Assembly (NCBI GenBank): GCA_037305845.1
Contig: CP147778.1
Coordinates: 384,001 to 448,000, forward strand
Length of the DNA: 64,000 nt
DNA from: Candidatus Freyarchaeum deiterrae
GTDB taxonomy: Archaea; Asgardarchaeota; Jordiarchaeia; Jordiarchaeales; Jordiarchaeaceae
Reading direction: 5' to 3'
Part shown: piece after piece, positions 1 to 10,715 of the stretch
Numbering within the stretch: position 1 is the first letter of the stretch
How the letters are laid out: each line of letters starts with the position of its first letter
Made by a program: the position numbers and the translations under genes
Notes under the pieces: model-generated
Seen by the model: only the letters and a program-made list of their open reading frames with translations
What the model was told of the DNA's origin: nothing
The model's database searches: none

Positions 1-2
1 TT

Positions 3-404
3 GGAAACGACTGTATACTAAGGGTGAAAAAACTTCTTGAACTATTACCCTCTTACGACTGCTTTTATATACACATTAAGGGTCCAGATGAACCCGGTCA
101 CGATGGAGACTTCAAACGCAAAACAGAACTTATCGCAACAATCGACAAATACTTTTTCGGTGAACTACTAGAAAAAATAAAGCTGGAGGATAATATCATC
201 TGTGTCACAGCAGACCACTCAACACCCTGCAAACTGAAAGGTCACAGCGACGACCCAGTTCCACTACTTATAACTGGCAATAAAATAAAGGGAGACAAAG
301 TTTCCAAGTTCTCTGAAAAAGATTGCAAAAAAGGAAGCTTAGGCATTTTGGAACACGGTACTGAACTCATGCCAAAACTCATCAGTTTCCTAAAGAAAAA
401 GTAG
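3..404 (+). CDS. apgM: Cofactor-independent phosphoglycerate mutase (ApgM family), C-terminal part, truncated by window edge
   Basis: Metal-binding motifs HIKGPDEPGHDG, TADHSTP and GHSDDPVP; frame is open back to the window start. Confidence 0.88.
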   Translation, partial: GNDCILRVKKLLELLPSYDCFYIHIKGPDEPGHDGDFKRKTELIATIDKYFFGELLEKIKLEDNIICVTADHSTPCKLKGHSDDPVPLLITGNKIKGDKVSKFSEKDCKKGSLGILEHGTELMPKLISFLKKK

Positions 405-514
405 AAAAGTAGTAACTTGAACCCGAAATTTCGGGACCTTGATTCTGAATTTTTTCCTTTATAACTGCTCCACAGCTGTTTACCTAAGCTTTTAACTTTC
501 ATCTATTTCTAAAA

Positions 515-1435
515 CTAACGAGCCTTAGACGAGCTTCCAAATAGGCGCATTTTGCTCTTGACAAGCTCTTTCATAGCGTCTTTAGCGGGGCCTAGAATCT
601 TTCTCGGATCAATTTCCTTTGGTTTAGTAACCAGAACTTCACGGATTTCAGCAACGAAAGCCAGCCTTACATCCGTATCAATATTTATTTTTGAGATACC
701 CAAGGAAATAGCCTTTTTAATATGCTCGTCTGGAATTCCTTTAGCCTCTTCTATTTCAGCACCATATTTATTGGCTTTACTAACTATCTCCGGTGGAACC
801 CCTGACGCTCCATGCAAAACAAGTAGAACTTTAACCTTACTTCTGATAGCGTGTAATCTTTCAAAATCCAGTTTCGGTTCTGCCTTAAATTTGTAGGCTC
901 CGTGGGAGGTTCCGATTGCCACTGCTAGGACGTCTACGCCGGTTCTCTCAACAAACTCCTTGGCTGCGTCGGGGTCGGTTAATATGGTTTCCTTTTCTTC
1001 AGCTGTTGACTCTTCTACTCTGGTAAGTTTCCCAAGTTCTGCTTCAACTGATACTCCTTTTCGATGAGCCAAATTCACAACACTCTTTGTCAAAGAAATA
1101 TTTTCTTCGAAATCAAGACTGGAACCGTCTATCATAATCGAAGTAAAACCAGCCTTAAGGCATTTTGAAACAGTTTCTACATCGTGACCATGGTCCAGAT
1201 GTAAAGTCATAGGAACAGGAGCGGATTTCGCTGCAATTTTGACAATTGAGCTTAGGTACTCCAAGCCATTGTATTCAATAGAGGAGGGAGTTATAGCAAC
1301 GATTACCGGCGACTTCTCCTCCACAGCAGCCTCAGTAATAGCCAATAAACTTTCCAGATTGTTAATGTTAAAATGGCCTACAGCATAACCTTTAGCTCTT
1401 GCATCAGACAAAACTTCTTTATTTGTAACAAGCAT
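515..1435 (-). CDS. fba: Class II fructose-1,6-bisphosphate aldolase
   Basis: HLDH, EAELG, GTSHGAYK, LHGASG and KINIDTD motifs. Confidence 0.93.
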   Translation of the reverse strand: MLVTNKEVLSDARAKGYAVGHFNINNLESLLAITEAAVEEKSPVIVAITPSSIEYNGLEYLSSIVKIAAKSAPVPMTLHLDHGHDVETVSKCLKAGFTSIMIDGSSLDFEENISLTKSVVNLAHRKGVSVEAELGKLTRVEESTAEEKETILTDPDAAKEFVERTGVDVLAVAIGTSHGAYKFKAEPKLDFERLHAIRSKVKVLLVLHGASGVPPEIVSKANKYGAEIEEAKGIPDEHIKKAISLGISKINIDTDVRLAFVAEIREVLVTKPKEIDPRKILGPAKDAMKELVKSKMRLFGSSSKAR

Positions 1436-1554
1436 GTCCTCAACCCTCCAAATCTAAATATTTGTTAAATAGACTTAATATAAAATTTCCATATCATTTA
1501 AAAACATTTCGAAAATTAAGTAGAATTAGTAATCTTCTGGGGGTAATTGACCAA

Positions 1555-3246
1555 ATGAGCGAAACTTTGTACTGGGATCTGGCTGAACTCTGCAGGGAAA
1601 TCGAATCGACCACCAAGAGACTAGTAATCGTCGAACTCATAGCACAGTTTCTAAATAAACTATCTCCAGAAGAAGTTGCGCCATCGATTAGAATGATAGT
1701 GGGTAAAACCTTTCCCGAATGGAGCCACATCACACTCGATGTGTCTTGGAGAGCAATTCAGGACGTAATTAGAGATATAACTAAAGCTTCAGATGAAGAA
1801 ATGTTACAAGCCTTTAGCGAGAAGGGAGACCCCGGTGATATGGTTCAATTGTTAATGTCGAGGAAAGAGGTCTCAAAGCAAACCGTACTTTTACCTAAGT
1901 CACTTTCAATACTTGAAGTCTACAGAAGCTATCAGACTATCTCTGAAATCAAGGGAAGCGGTTCGAAAAAGAAAAAAGAAAACGTTCTAATGAGCCTGCT
2001 AAGCAGGGCAACCCCCTCAGAAGCAAAATACATAATAAAAAACCTTATCGGAGAAATGAGAACCGGGGCTTCTTTGGGATTAATGGAGGAGGGTATAGCA
2101 AAGGCGACCTTATCGCCGCTGGAAGAGGTTAAGAGAGCTCATATGTTGATAGGGGATCTCGGTGAAGTAGCAGAAAAAGCCTTTCGAGAAGGTTCTCAAA
2201 CTCTTAAGGATGTGAAACCCATTCCTTTTCATCCAATAAAACCTATGCTAGCCCAAGCCGTGGAAAATGTAGGTGAAGCCTTGGAAGAGCATAAAGGGGA
2301 AACCAGCCTGGAGTATAAACTCGATGGTGCTAGGCTTCAGATACACATCCACGGGAAAGAAGTTAGGATTTACAGCAGAAGGCTGACCGAAGTAACCACC
2401 AGTCTCCCGGACGTAGTGGAACAGGTTACTAATAATATTCAGTGCGAAGCGGCTATAATGGAGGGGGAAGTTATAGCGGTAAGCGAAGACGGCAGACCTC
2501 TTCCTTTTCAAAATCTAATGAGGAGATTTCGGAGAATTAAGAAAATTGAAGAAACTATTACCGAAATTCCAGTAAAGCTTTACTTATTCGACATAATTTA
2601 TCTAAACGGTCAAACACTCATAGACCAGCCTTACAGTGAGAGAAGGAAAACACTCTCTGAGATAGTGGGTAATAATATAGAACTGGTTCCGCAGCTTTTG
2701 ACACGTGATTTGGGGAAGGCTCAGGAATTTTTTGAAGAAGCCAGGAAAAATGGCCACGAGGGGCTAATGGCTAAAAGGATTGAGAGCAAATACACTCCGG
2801 GTAGAAGAGGGAAAAAATGGCTGAAGATAAAAGAAGCAGAGCTCCTAGACCTAGTAATAGTGGGTGCGGATTGGGGGTACGGGCGGAGGGTAAACTGGCT
2901 CAGCGATTATTATCTAGCGGCGAGGAATGAAGAATCAGGCGAATTTCAGATAATTGGTAAAACGTTCAAGGGGCTCACCGATAATGAGTTTGAAGAAATC
3001 ACCAAGAAACTAAAGACTTTGATAATCTCTGAGGAGAGAAGAACAGTAAGAGTTAAACCGGAGATTGTCGTGGAGACGGCTTTTGATGAGATACAGAAAT
3101 CTCCCAGATACAAGTCGGGTTTTGCACTCAGATTTGCGAGAATTACGAGGATAAGAGAAGATAAAGGTGTGGAAGATGTCGACACGATAAAGAAAGTAAG
3201 AAGTCTTTATGAAAAACAGTTCAAAAACAAGGCGGAACTAGTGTAG
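1555..3246 (+). CDS. lig: ATP-dependent DNA ligase (archaeal type)
   Basis: EYKLDG adenylation motif, EGLMAK, WLKIK, LRFARITRIREDK; start placed at ATG 1555. Confidence 0.95.
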   Translation: MSETLYWDLAELCREIESTTKRLVIVELIAQFLNKLSPEEVAPSIRMIVGKTFPEWSHITLDVSWRAIQDVIRDITKASDEEMLQAFSEKGDPGDMVQLLMSRKEVSKQTVLLPKSLSILEVYRSYQTISEIKGSGSKKKKENVLMSLLSRATPSEAKYIIKNLIGEMRTGASLGLMEEGIAKATLSPLEEVKRAHMLIGDLGEVAEKAFREGSQTLKDVKPIPFHPIKPMLAQAVENVGEALEEHKGETSLEYKLDGARLQIHIHGKEVRIYSRRLTEVTTSLPDVVEQVTNNIQCEAAIMEGEVIAVSEDGRPLPFQNLMRRFRRIKKIEETITEIPVKLYLFDIIYLNGQTLIDQPYSERRKTLSEIVGNNIELVPQLLTRDLGKAQEFFEEARKNGHEGLMAKRIESKYTPGRRGKKWLKIKEAELLDLVIVGADWGYGRRVNWLSDYYLAARNEESGEFQIIGKTFKGLTDNEFEEITKKLKTLIISEERRTVRVKPEIVVETAFDEIQKSPRYKSGFALRFARITRIREDKGVEDVDTIKKVRSLYEKQFKNKAELV

Positions 3247-3534
3247 GTGTAGACTTCTTGTAAGTGAATGTTGGGTGTTTTTTTATGATGAATCAGGTTT
3301 GATTTTTTAACTTTTTTCAGTTTTAATTTAAATTTTTTTACAATTTTATAATATTTTTTATTTTAATATTTAGAATTATAATATACTTATACACTATTTT
3401 TCTTATTTATTACAAGTCCCGTTTATTATCTTAATAACACACCAAAAACTTAAATCAAAGACAAAACTACTTTTTTAACAAGAATGATTGAATTTTTCTA
3501 AAAATTTCATTAGCAGCCGGGGTTGTTAAACAAA

Positions 3535-3963
3535 ATGGAGCAGAAAATGATTGAATTCATCGATGTTCTAAGGAAAAAGGGATACAAGGTAACGCCTCAG
3601 AGAATAGAACTATTCAAAATAATCAAAGCTAGTAAACACCCCACGGTGGATGAAGTATACCAAAAAGTAAAAACAACCTATCCCACGGTGAGTCCAGCTA
3701 CGGTTTACAAAACAATTGAGCTGTTAAAAGGGATTGGAGAAGTCCAGGAAATCGGTGTGGTAGATGGAAAAATTCTGTACGAAACTAATACGACCCCCCA
3801 CATCAATCTACACTGTATAAACTGCAATAGAATAGAGGATATAGGGTCAGACCTAACTGAAAAACTAGTAAAGGATATACAAAACAAAACTAAAAGCAAA
3901 ATTGTAGGTCTGAGTATAAACTTTTATGTGTATTGTTCTGAGTGCCAAAACAAAATGAAATAA
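3535..3963 (+). CDS. Fur/PerR family transcriptional regulator
   Basis: TPQR, HPT, ATVYKT, H-x-x-x-H-CxxC and C-terminal CxxC. Confidence 0.9.
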   Translation: MEQKMIEFIDVLRKKGYKVTPQRIELFKIIKASKHPTVDEVYQKVKTTYPTVSPATVYKTIELLKGIGEVQEIGVVDGKILYETNTTPHINLHCINCNRIEDIGSDLTEKLVKDIQNKTKSKIVGLSINFYVYCSECQNKMK

Positions 3964-4007
3964 TTAGGCTAGTTTTCTAAACCTAATCTAGGTAGTGTTG
4001 GAATTCT

Positions 4008-4823
4008 CTATTTAGGATTTTTGTGTTTTTTATTCTCTGACTCATCTATGAAGTAGGATACTAAATCCGCGAAGAAGTCTTTCCTTTCCAGAAGTGCGGC
4101 GTGTCCCCCGTAGGGAATTATTGCTATCTGCGAGTTTGGGATTTGTTTGTTCATGAATTCTGCTTCTTCTGCTGGTACCACTTGGTCATCTCTGCCGTGG
4201 ATGATCAGTGTTGGAACCTTGATTTTCTTAATGTCCTTCTCCAGAGTCAGTGGACTCTTCATGTACCCCTGCTGAATTCTCGGTACGGTTCTCGCATCTC
4301 TGGTTTTCATAGAATCCGCGAAGAGTTTCATCTCGTCCGGATGTCTGCGTGTGAAGATGGGGTTGAAAACGGATTTTACTTCGGCTTCGATGTACGCGTC
4401 TAATCCCTTTTCAGCAAATGCTTTTGCCCATGTTGCACCAACTTGGATGGCTTTTGGGGGTATGCGTGCAGCAGTGTCTATAAGTATAATTCCACTAACC
4501 TTTTCTGGATGATTCAACGCCATCTTTAGGGTTACAAATCCGCCCATACTAACTCCGCAAATATATGCTTTGTCAATTTTCAGGTTGTCGAGAAGTGCTG
4601 TCACATCTTCTGCGAACATATCCTGGGTGTAAGGCTGGTCCGGCTTATCGGATTTCCCGTGTCCCTTTAAATCCACGGCTATACATCTTATCTCCTTTGA
4701 GAGTTCTGGGGCTAAAAACGACCACTCGCTTGTGTCTCCGCCCATTCCATGGATTAAAACTAGCGGTGTTCCTTTTCCGGTGTCCTCGTAATACATTTCA
4801 ATATCGTTTACTTTAGCTATCAA
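4008..4823 (-). CDS. Alpha/beta hydrolase
   Basis: HG oxyanion motif, GVSMG nucleophile elbow, HGRDD, GH; start TTG 4823 or GTG 4832. Confidence 0.9.
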   Translation of the reverse strand: MIAKVNDIEMYYEDTGKGTPLVLIHGMGGDTSEWSFLAPELSKEIRCIAVDLKGHGKSDKPDQPYTQDMFAEDVTALLDNLKIDKAYICGVSMGGFVTLKMALNHPEKVSGIILIDTAARIPPKAIQVGATWAKAFAEKGLDAYIEAEVKSVFNPIFTRRHPDEMKLFADSMKTRDARTVPRIQQGYMKSPLTLEKDIKKIKVPTLIIHGRDDQVVPAEEAEFMNKQIPNSQIAIIPYGGHAALLERKDFFADLVSYFIDESENKKHKNPK

Positions 4824-4919
4824 AATTATCACTCTCCGCTCCGTTTGATTTAAGGTTTTTATTTATGAAGAATTGATTTGATTTTTATTTTTGAATATGT
4901 GTTTATTAAAATGTTTCCG

Positions 4920-6440
4920 TCACTTGGACGGTGAGCTATTGTTGGCTCTTCCATAAATTTCCGTCATTTCCAGAAGCCTTCTTGCTATTGAGGAAGTTAA
5001 CTGCTCAGGTGAAAGCCGCCACTTAAAATTTCCTTTTGTGGTTGCGGGTTTATTCATTCGAGCTTCTTCACCCAGTCCCAGAATATCTTGCACTGGTAGG
5101 ATGGCTGTATTCGCAACTGACATCATTGCGAGCCGGATTAATTCCCAGTGCACTTCTTTAGGTGAAACTTGTCTTCCAATGTAGATTGAAAGTCTCTTTC
5201 GATCTTCCGTTGTTGCCTCCTTTTCAAACCATCCTCTTATTGTGTTGTTATCATGAGTTCCGGTATATACTATGCAGTCTTTAATGTGGTTGTGCGGTGC
5301 GTAGGGATTCGTGGGAAGATCCTCACCAAAGGCGAAGAGAAGCACCCGCATTCCCGGTAAATTGAAATGGTGTATGAGCTCTCTTACATCGTCTGTGATA
5401 ACGCCAAGGTCCTCGGCGATGATAGGTAGATTGGAAAAGTGTTTGAGAAGCGTAGAGAGGAAGTCTTCTGCGGGCCCTGGGACCCATCGTCCGTTGATAG
5501 CTGTCTTTTCACCTGCTGGTACTTCCCAGTATGCGGCGAAGCCTCGGAAGTGGTCGATTCGCACCCAGTCATAGAGCTTTAGTGTGTGTGCCATTCGTTG
5601 AATCCACCAAGCATATTCATTTTGTTTAAGCACATCCCATCGATAGACGGGGTTTCCCCATAGTTGCCCCGTTTTACTGAAGTAGTCCGGTGGGACGCCG
5701 GCAACGTACAATGGTTTCTTTTCCTCGTTTAGTTTGAATATTGCGGGGTTCGCCCATACGTCCACGCTGTCGTAGTGCACGTAAATAGGTATGTCTCCGA
5801 TGATTTGGATGTTTTTCTGATTGCAGTAGTTTTTGAGGATGAACCACTGCTTAAAGAAGAGAAACTGGAGAAACTTTTCTCTCTCAATTTCATCTTGAAA
5901 CGCCTCTTTCAATTCTTGTAGGGCTCCGGGTTGTCTGTCGCGTATTTCGGGTGGCCATTCGCTCCAAACTTGTCCCTTGAAGTGAACCTTAGCGACGATG
6001 AAAAGTGAGTAATCTTCAAGCCAGTTCGAGTTTTCAGAACAGAATTTTTCGTAATCTTGTTCGTTTTTTCTTTCTACCTTAAAATGCTCGTGGGCTCTAT
6101 CAAAAATATTTTCTTTATAACGAATAACTTTTGGATAATCGACCATATTTTTTGGTGAGGAATGTATATGTTTAGTATCTGCCTTTTTGAGTAAGCCTTC
6201 TTGAAGCATAAGGTCAGGGCTTATCAGAAGCTTGTTTCCCGCAAAGGCGGAGAAACTACTGTATGGAACATTGCCCAAGGCGGGGTCTGTTGGAGTTAGA
6301 GGTAGGATTTGCCAGAAACTCTGTTTGGTTTCGGTTAGAAAATCAGCGAATTTGTAAGCTCCGGGACCAAAGTCACCAATCCCGTAAGGCGAGGGTAAGG
6401 ATAGAATGGGGAGCAGAATTCCGCTTCCTCTTCTGTTCAC
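4920..6440 (-). CDS. malQ: 4-alpha-glucanotransferase (amylomaltase, GH77)
   Basis: GVPPDYFS, RIDHFRG, IAEDLG, YTGTHDN, RMNKP motifs; AGGAGG RBS. Confidence 0.95.
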   Translation of the reverse strand: MNRRGSGILLPILSLPSPYGIGDFGPGAYKFADFLTETKQSFWQILPLTPTDPALGNVPYSSFSAFAGNKLLISPDLMLQEGLLKKADTKHIHSSPKNMVDYPKVIRYKENIFDRAHEHFKVERKNEQDYEKFCSENSNWLEDYSLFIVAKVHFKGQVWSEWPPEIRDRQPGALQELKEAFQDEIEREKFLQFLFFKQWFILKNYCNQKNIQIIGDIPIYVHYDSVDVWANPAIFKLNEEKKPLYVAGVPPDYFSKTGQLWGNPVYRWDVLKQNEYAWWIQRMAHTLKLYDWVRIDHFRGFAAYWEVPAGEKTAINGRWVPGPAEDFLSTLLKHFSNLPIIAEDLGVITDDVRELIHHFNLPGMRVLLFAFGEDLPTNPYAPHNHIKDCIVYTGTHDNNTIRGWFEKEATTEDRKRLSIYIGRQVSPKEVHWELIRLAMMSVANTAILPVQDILGLGEEARMNKPATTKGNFKWRLSPEQLTSSIARRLLEMTEIYGRANNSSPSK

Positions 6441-6537
6441 ATTAAATTCCTCCTTTTTTTTAAAGAAATAATGAAATTATCATTGTCGCTGAGTAGGGAT
6501 TGAAATTAATTTTTGGTTGCTAGGGGATATGATTGCA

Positions 6538-8964
6538 TTACATGCATTTCACGCCTAGGAAATTTTCTAGTTCAGTGAATTGCTCGATCCATTTTTTCGC
6601 GTTGGGATCAGTCATTCCTTCTTTTTTCATTAAACCGCAGAACTTCTTGCCTATTGAGAAGAAGGTGTTCTGGGCTTTCCAAAGATTTAGTTCCATCGGG
6701 AAGGCGTTTAGGAATTTAAGTGTATTATTTATTGCTTCCAGTATAGCCAAATTTTTCGGATTTTTGGAGAATTTTTGCATGAGTATATTAATCTTCTGAG
6801 TTGCGGCAAATCCCAGTGCGGTTTTATCCGGTTCTAAGAACCATTGTTTCATTTCTTCGACTAAGTATTGAAGCTGGCCAAGGTCTGTATCTTCATCTTC
6901 CAATAATTTGCTGATATCCATGTTTAATATAAATCCTATAACTGTGGAGAGGGCTGGCGGTGGAGGAAGCCCCATCTGTATTATCGTCTGCATTATAGGA
7001 TAGTTGTTTTTGTATATTTTTCGGAAAATGTCTTCTATCTCTTTCTGTGTGGGTTCAAGAATCTGGCTCAAAATCTTTCTCTGCTCATCAGTGAAGAGAT
7101 GCCGTAGTGAATAGCTGCGTGTATCAAAATATGTTTCTATTAAACTAGTAACTTCAGACACATCGTCGCCGTTCTGGAAAGCCTTTTTTATCTTTTTACA
7201 CATTTTGGAAAAATAATCTTTATCCATATTATCATGGACTCCTCCGAACAAGTTTTGGCCCCCAACATAGAGAACTGCGAAGCTTATGATGCCTTCTTCC
7301 CAAGTGATATCCGAACGTATACTTGCCCTTCCCATGGCGAGTTTTTGGTTTCCCTCCTCCTCTTGGTCGTATATCTCGCTGTTGGCTGTGTAACAGTAAA
7401 TCTTTGTGTTTTCGGGGTACTCTTTAAATAGAGAGGAAACAGCATAGTGAGCTCCAACCCTTGGCAGATCAATAACATTGGGTTTTACAAACCTATTGTA
7501 GATTTCAGCACCGTTTTTGTACTCTTGGATGTTGCTTGGTGCCCGCTCAAGTATCTTGACATAGTTAGGCTCTAAATCTACACCGCCTACTTCTCTAGCG
7601 AGCTGCATTGCGCGAGCAGCGTACTGCAAAATCTGAATGGTTTCAATGCCCGAAATCTCATCAAAGAACCAACCATCACTTGAGTACATGAGCATAGCGT
7701 TCCTCTGCATTTCGAGTAGCTTTAAAACCTTCACTTTATCTTCTTTTGTGAGTTCCTTAACGGTGTGTTCTGAAAAGAAGTGCTCTACGTTCTTAACGGA
7801 TCTGTCGAGAATGACTTCAATATAGTCATTTCTCACCTGCCAGGGATCATGTACATAGAGTGTCATTTCCTTCTCAAAGAGTGAAGCGAGATTGTCTCTA
7901 AGCCAGTCCATTGCTTCGCGCAGAGGGGCCCGCCATTTTTGATTCCATCCGGGGTGTGCTCCCATATTGCATCCACAGTCACTTCTCCATCTCTCCACAC
8001 CGTGAGAACAACTCCAAGAAGTATTCTCACTAAGTTCTACCTCGTATTTAGGAGGGCTTTTTTCCAAATACTCACCGTATATGGTAATTTTGGCGAGATG
8101 GTTTGATTCCATGTAGTAAATGCAGTAGGCAAGAGCCATGTCACCAAATCGGAGATGATGACCATAAGTTTCTCCGTCGGTGGCGATGTGGACAATCTGA
8201 TTCTGTTCCTGGTCTTGGGAAAAATTGTTGAGCAATCTTTTCGCAAAGTTTTCACCATTTATTAAGAGGTTACCGAAAGCAACATCATTCGCAATCGAGC
8301 CATTGTAAAAAAAGACATTAATGCTTCTTCCGGAAGGAAGCTTGCACACGTAGGGTGTTTTGGTATCGATATTTCTAGCAGTCACATCATTCCACATTTC
8401 TTCCCCGATTTTTCGCACTCGACGTGCCTGATGCGGTGCCAGAATAATGAATTTTACACCTTGTTCAGCCATTATGTCCAGTGTTTCAATATCAACAGCT
8501 GTTTCTGGAAGCCAAATACCTTCAGGTTTCCTTCCAAAACGGCGTTCAAAATCTCTTATCCCCCAGATTGTCTGCGTGATCTTGTCTCTACTATTGGCAA
8601 GGGGCATTATAATATGACTGTAAGCTTGGGCTATAGCCGGTCCATGTCCTGAAAATTGCTTCCGACTCTCCTTATCCGTTTCAATAATTGCTTTATACAC
8701 TTCAGGCTCGTGTCTTTCTAACCAAGAAAGCAATGTGGGACCAAAGTTAAAACTTATTTTCGAATAATTGTTGACTATGTCAATAATCGTTTTCTCGCTG
8801 TCAAGAATGCGGGAAGCCGTGTTAGGCTCGTAACACTCCGCAGATACCTTTTCATTCCAATCGTGGTAAGGATAAGCCCCTTCCTGCAGTTCGACCTCTT
8901 CCAGCCAAGGATTCTCTCTTGGCGGTTGATAAAAATGACCGTGAATGCAAACATAATGACTCAT
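6538..8964 (-). CDS. GH57 family glycoside hydrolase with DUF3536-type C-terminus
   Basis: HGHFYQPPRENPW, WLPETA, ATDGETYGHH, SWSCSHGVERW, GWFFDE. Confidence 0.9.
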   Translation of the reverse strand: MSHYVCIHGHFYQPPRENPWLEEVELQEGAYPYHDWNEKVSAECYEPNTASRILDSEKTIIDIVNNYSKISFNFGPTLLSWLERHEPEVYKAIIETDKESRKQFSGHGPAIAQAYSHIIMPLANSRDKITQTIWGIRDFERRFGRKPEGIWLPETAVDIETLDIMAEQGVKFIILAPHQARRVRKIGEEMWNDVTARNIDTKTPYVCKLPSGRSINVFFYNGSIANDVAFGNLLINGENFAKRLLNNFSQDQEQNQIVHIATDGETYGHHLRFGDMALAYCIYYMESNHLAKITIYGEYLEKSPPKYEVELSENTSWSCSHGVERWRSDCGCNMGAHPGWNQKWRAPLREAMDWLRDNLASLFEKEMTLYVHDPWQVRNDYIEVILDRSVKNVEHFFSEHTVKELTKEDKVKVLKLLEMQRNAMLMYSSDGWFFDEISGIETIQILQYAARAMQLAREVGGVDLEPNYVKILERAPSNIQEYKNGAEIYNRFVKPNVIDLPRVGAHYAVSSLFKEYPENTKIYCYTANSEIYDQEEEGNQKLAMGRASIRSDITWEEGIISFAVLYVGGQNLFGGVHDNMDKDYFSKMCKKIKKAFQNGDDVSEVTSLIETYFDTRSYSLRHLFTDEQRKILSQILEPTQKEIEDIFRKIYKNNYPIMQTIIQMGLPPPPALSTVIGFILNMDISKLLEDEDTDLGQLQYLVEEMKQWFLEPDKTALGFAATQKINILMQKFSKNPKNLAILEAINNTLKFLNAFPMELNLWKAQNTFFSIGKKFCGLMKKEGMTDPNAKKWIEQFTELENFLGVKCM

Positions 8965-9624
8965 AATGATGATGCCTCCATCGTATGTAATGAAAAACTG
9001 AGAGGACTTATAATTAGTTCTTATCCATAATTTATTCTCTCACGTATTGAAGAACCGGGTTCCCTCCATATATTTTCGGAGGAATCTCTAATCTTTTTAC
9101 TTACTCCTTTTAGTAATATTGACACGAAAAGCCAATATCTTTTTCGTTAAAATTCATAAAGCAGAATCTAGCGGTCATTACACCATACGCAGAGAAAAAA
9201 AGCCTTTCTCCTTCCATCCCTTATTGAAGGCAAACTTAGTGTAAGACCTACAGTAATAAAAGGAAATTTGAGTTCTTTAGTAACACGTTCCAGTACTTGG
9301 AACAGAGTAAAAAGCGATTAATTACAATGTTTATTACCAACCCTAAAGTGAAAATAGCTTAGTTATCAGATTGGTAATGCGATTGCTTGTTCTACGTGTA
9401 ACCTTAATTTTTCAAAAAATCCGAGACCCAAGCGCAGCGCAGAAAAGTTTTCAAGCTCGGGCATTTTCCAATATTTCTGGGATAGAGGTTTATTGATGAG
9501 CTAGATTTTTGGGTATGTTTTAGTTATGGGAGTTTGTAGAAGAAGGGGGTGACAGAAAGTTTAAATAAGAAAAATATCGTTTTTTTGAGAGCGAAATATT
9601 TGGGTAAAGGGCGGTTTAGAGAGT

Positions 9625-10296
9625 TTGTCCGACGTTTTGAAGAATAGGTTTAAAAAAATTTGTTTGGCGGCATTAGCGGTTATAATTGTTGCTTTGATAC
9701 TCTATATTTTTTTGAATTTTACCTATTCTAGTACAGAGAATCAATGGTTTAATCTTAGTTCATTTTCCTATGTGATGTTGTACTCTTCTCTTCCTAATTC
9801 AATTTCTCCATGGCTTTCTTTAGGTACGATTTTTTCAATATTAGCAGAAAGCACTCTTAATGAGTTAAATGAAATTTTAGTTGTTCCGTTCGTAATGATC
9901 GGATTAGGTTTCGGACTGATACTCGGATCCTACTTACAACTCTTCAGAGTTTCTAATTCATACAATAGGCATAAAAAACTTGACGCGATGGGATGGGCGT
10001 TTCTATTTGTTGTTTTGATACTCTGTTTTTCTTGGGTGGTTACTTATTCGGATCCATGGCTTAATCTCACTTTATTTTCCTATGTGATGATGTACTCTTC
10101 TCTTCCTAATTCCATTTCCCCATGGCTTTCTTTAAGCACGATCTCTTTAAGATTAGCAGAAAGCACTCTTAATGAGTTATATAACCTTTTACTTGTTCCA
10201 ATGTTAATTTTTGGATTAGGTGGCGGACTGTGGTTCGGTTCAGACTTAATCCTCAGCAGAGTTGCTAAATATAAAAGAAATCCGAAAAGCAGTTGA
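9625..10296 (+). CDS. Hypothetical membrane protein built from two tandem ~104-aa units
   Basis: Hydrophobic helices; FSYVMxYSSLPNSISPWLSL...LAESTLNEL occurs twice. Confidence 0.7.
   Translation: MSDVLKNRFKKICLAALAVIIVALILYIFLNFTYSSTENQWFNLSSFSYVMLYSSLPNSISPWLSLGTIFSILAESTLNELNEILVVPFVMIGLGFGLILGSYLQLFRVSNSYNRHKKLDAMGWAFLFVVLILCFSWVVTYSDPWLNLTLFSYVMMYSSLPNSISPWLSLSTISLRLAESTLNELYNLLLVPMLIFGLGGGLWFGSDLILSRVAKYKRNPKSS
9744..10272 (+). repeat. Intragenic direct repeat, period 312 nt (9744-9960 / 10056-10272)
   Basis: Near-identical DNA such as tgtactcttctcttcctaattc and ttagcagaaagcactcttaatgagtta in both copies. Confidence 0.9.
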
Positions 10297-10645
10297 TGAA
10301 GGCAATATTTTACTCATCATTTTCAGCGCTTTCACTTTTTTTGTCGTAGGATTGAATGTAAAGCGAGACTCGAATTAGATTTGGTATTCTTTTCTTCGGT
10401 TTTTTCCCTGACCACTTTCTGTAGGGCATACCAGGGATTATAGCCGCCATCCTCGCGAGCTTTATAGGTAAGAACTGGCTTTTACTCGCGTACGGTTATG
10501 TCTACATCAATGTTATACTGGTGAACCCGCACCAAACAATTTTGGTACTGCTTCGTTTACTCCCTCGCTATCATGTTTCCACTAATCTCAGTAATGCTAA
10601 TCCTCGTATACCTGTCCAGTGATGTCGAACCTCAGTTCCATTAGC
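10297..10645 (+). pseudogene. Possible decayed membrane-protein gene remnant
   Basis: Hydrophobic peptide segments in shifting frames (NILLIIFSAFTFFVVG; GIPGIIAAILASFIG; FVYSLAIMFPLISVMLILVYL) broken by stops. Confidence 0.35.
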
Positions 10646-10715
10646 ACAACCATCAAACACTCCCCCCTTTTTCTAAGGTTTATTTTTTAAAACTTTTTCA
10701 GAGTAATTAACTCGT

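Noticed and set aside
1462-1554. N-terminal extensions in the ORF track (lig, and likewise YkgJ, polB2, dnaJ, glgP2)
   Set aside because: They run through promoter or AT-rich DNA or overlap neighbours; downstream ATGs fit family N-termini better
3340-3400. Possible Fur/Per box upstream of the Fur-family gene
   Set aside because: Region is extremely AT-rich and the match to a 7-1-7 palindrome is poor
8965-9624. Long intergenic region as a hidden gene or ncRNA
   Set aside because: Translations gave nothing recognisable and only a weak hairpin is present
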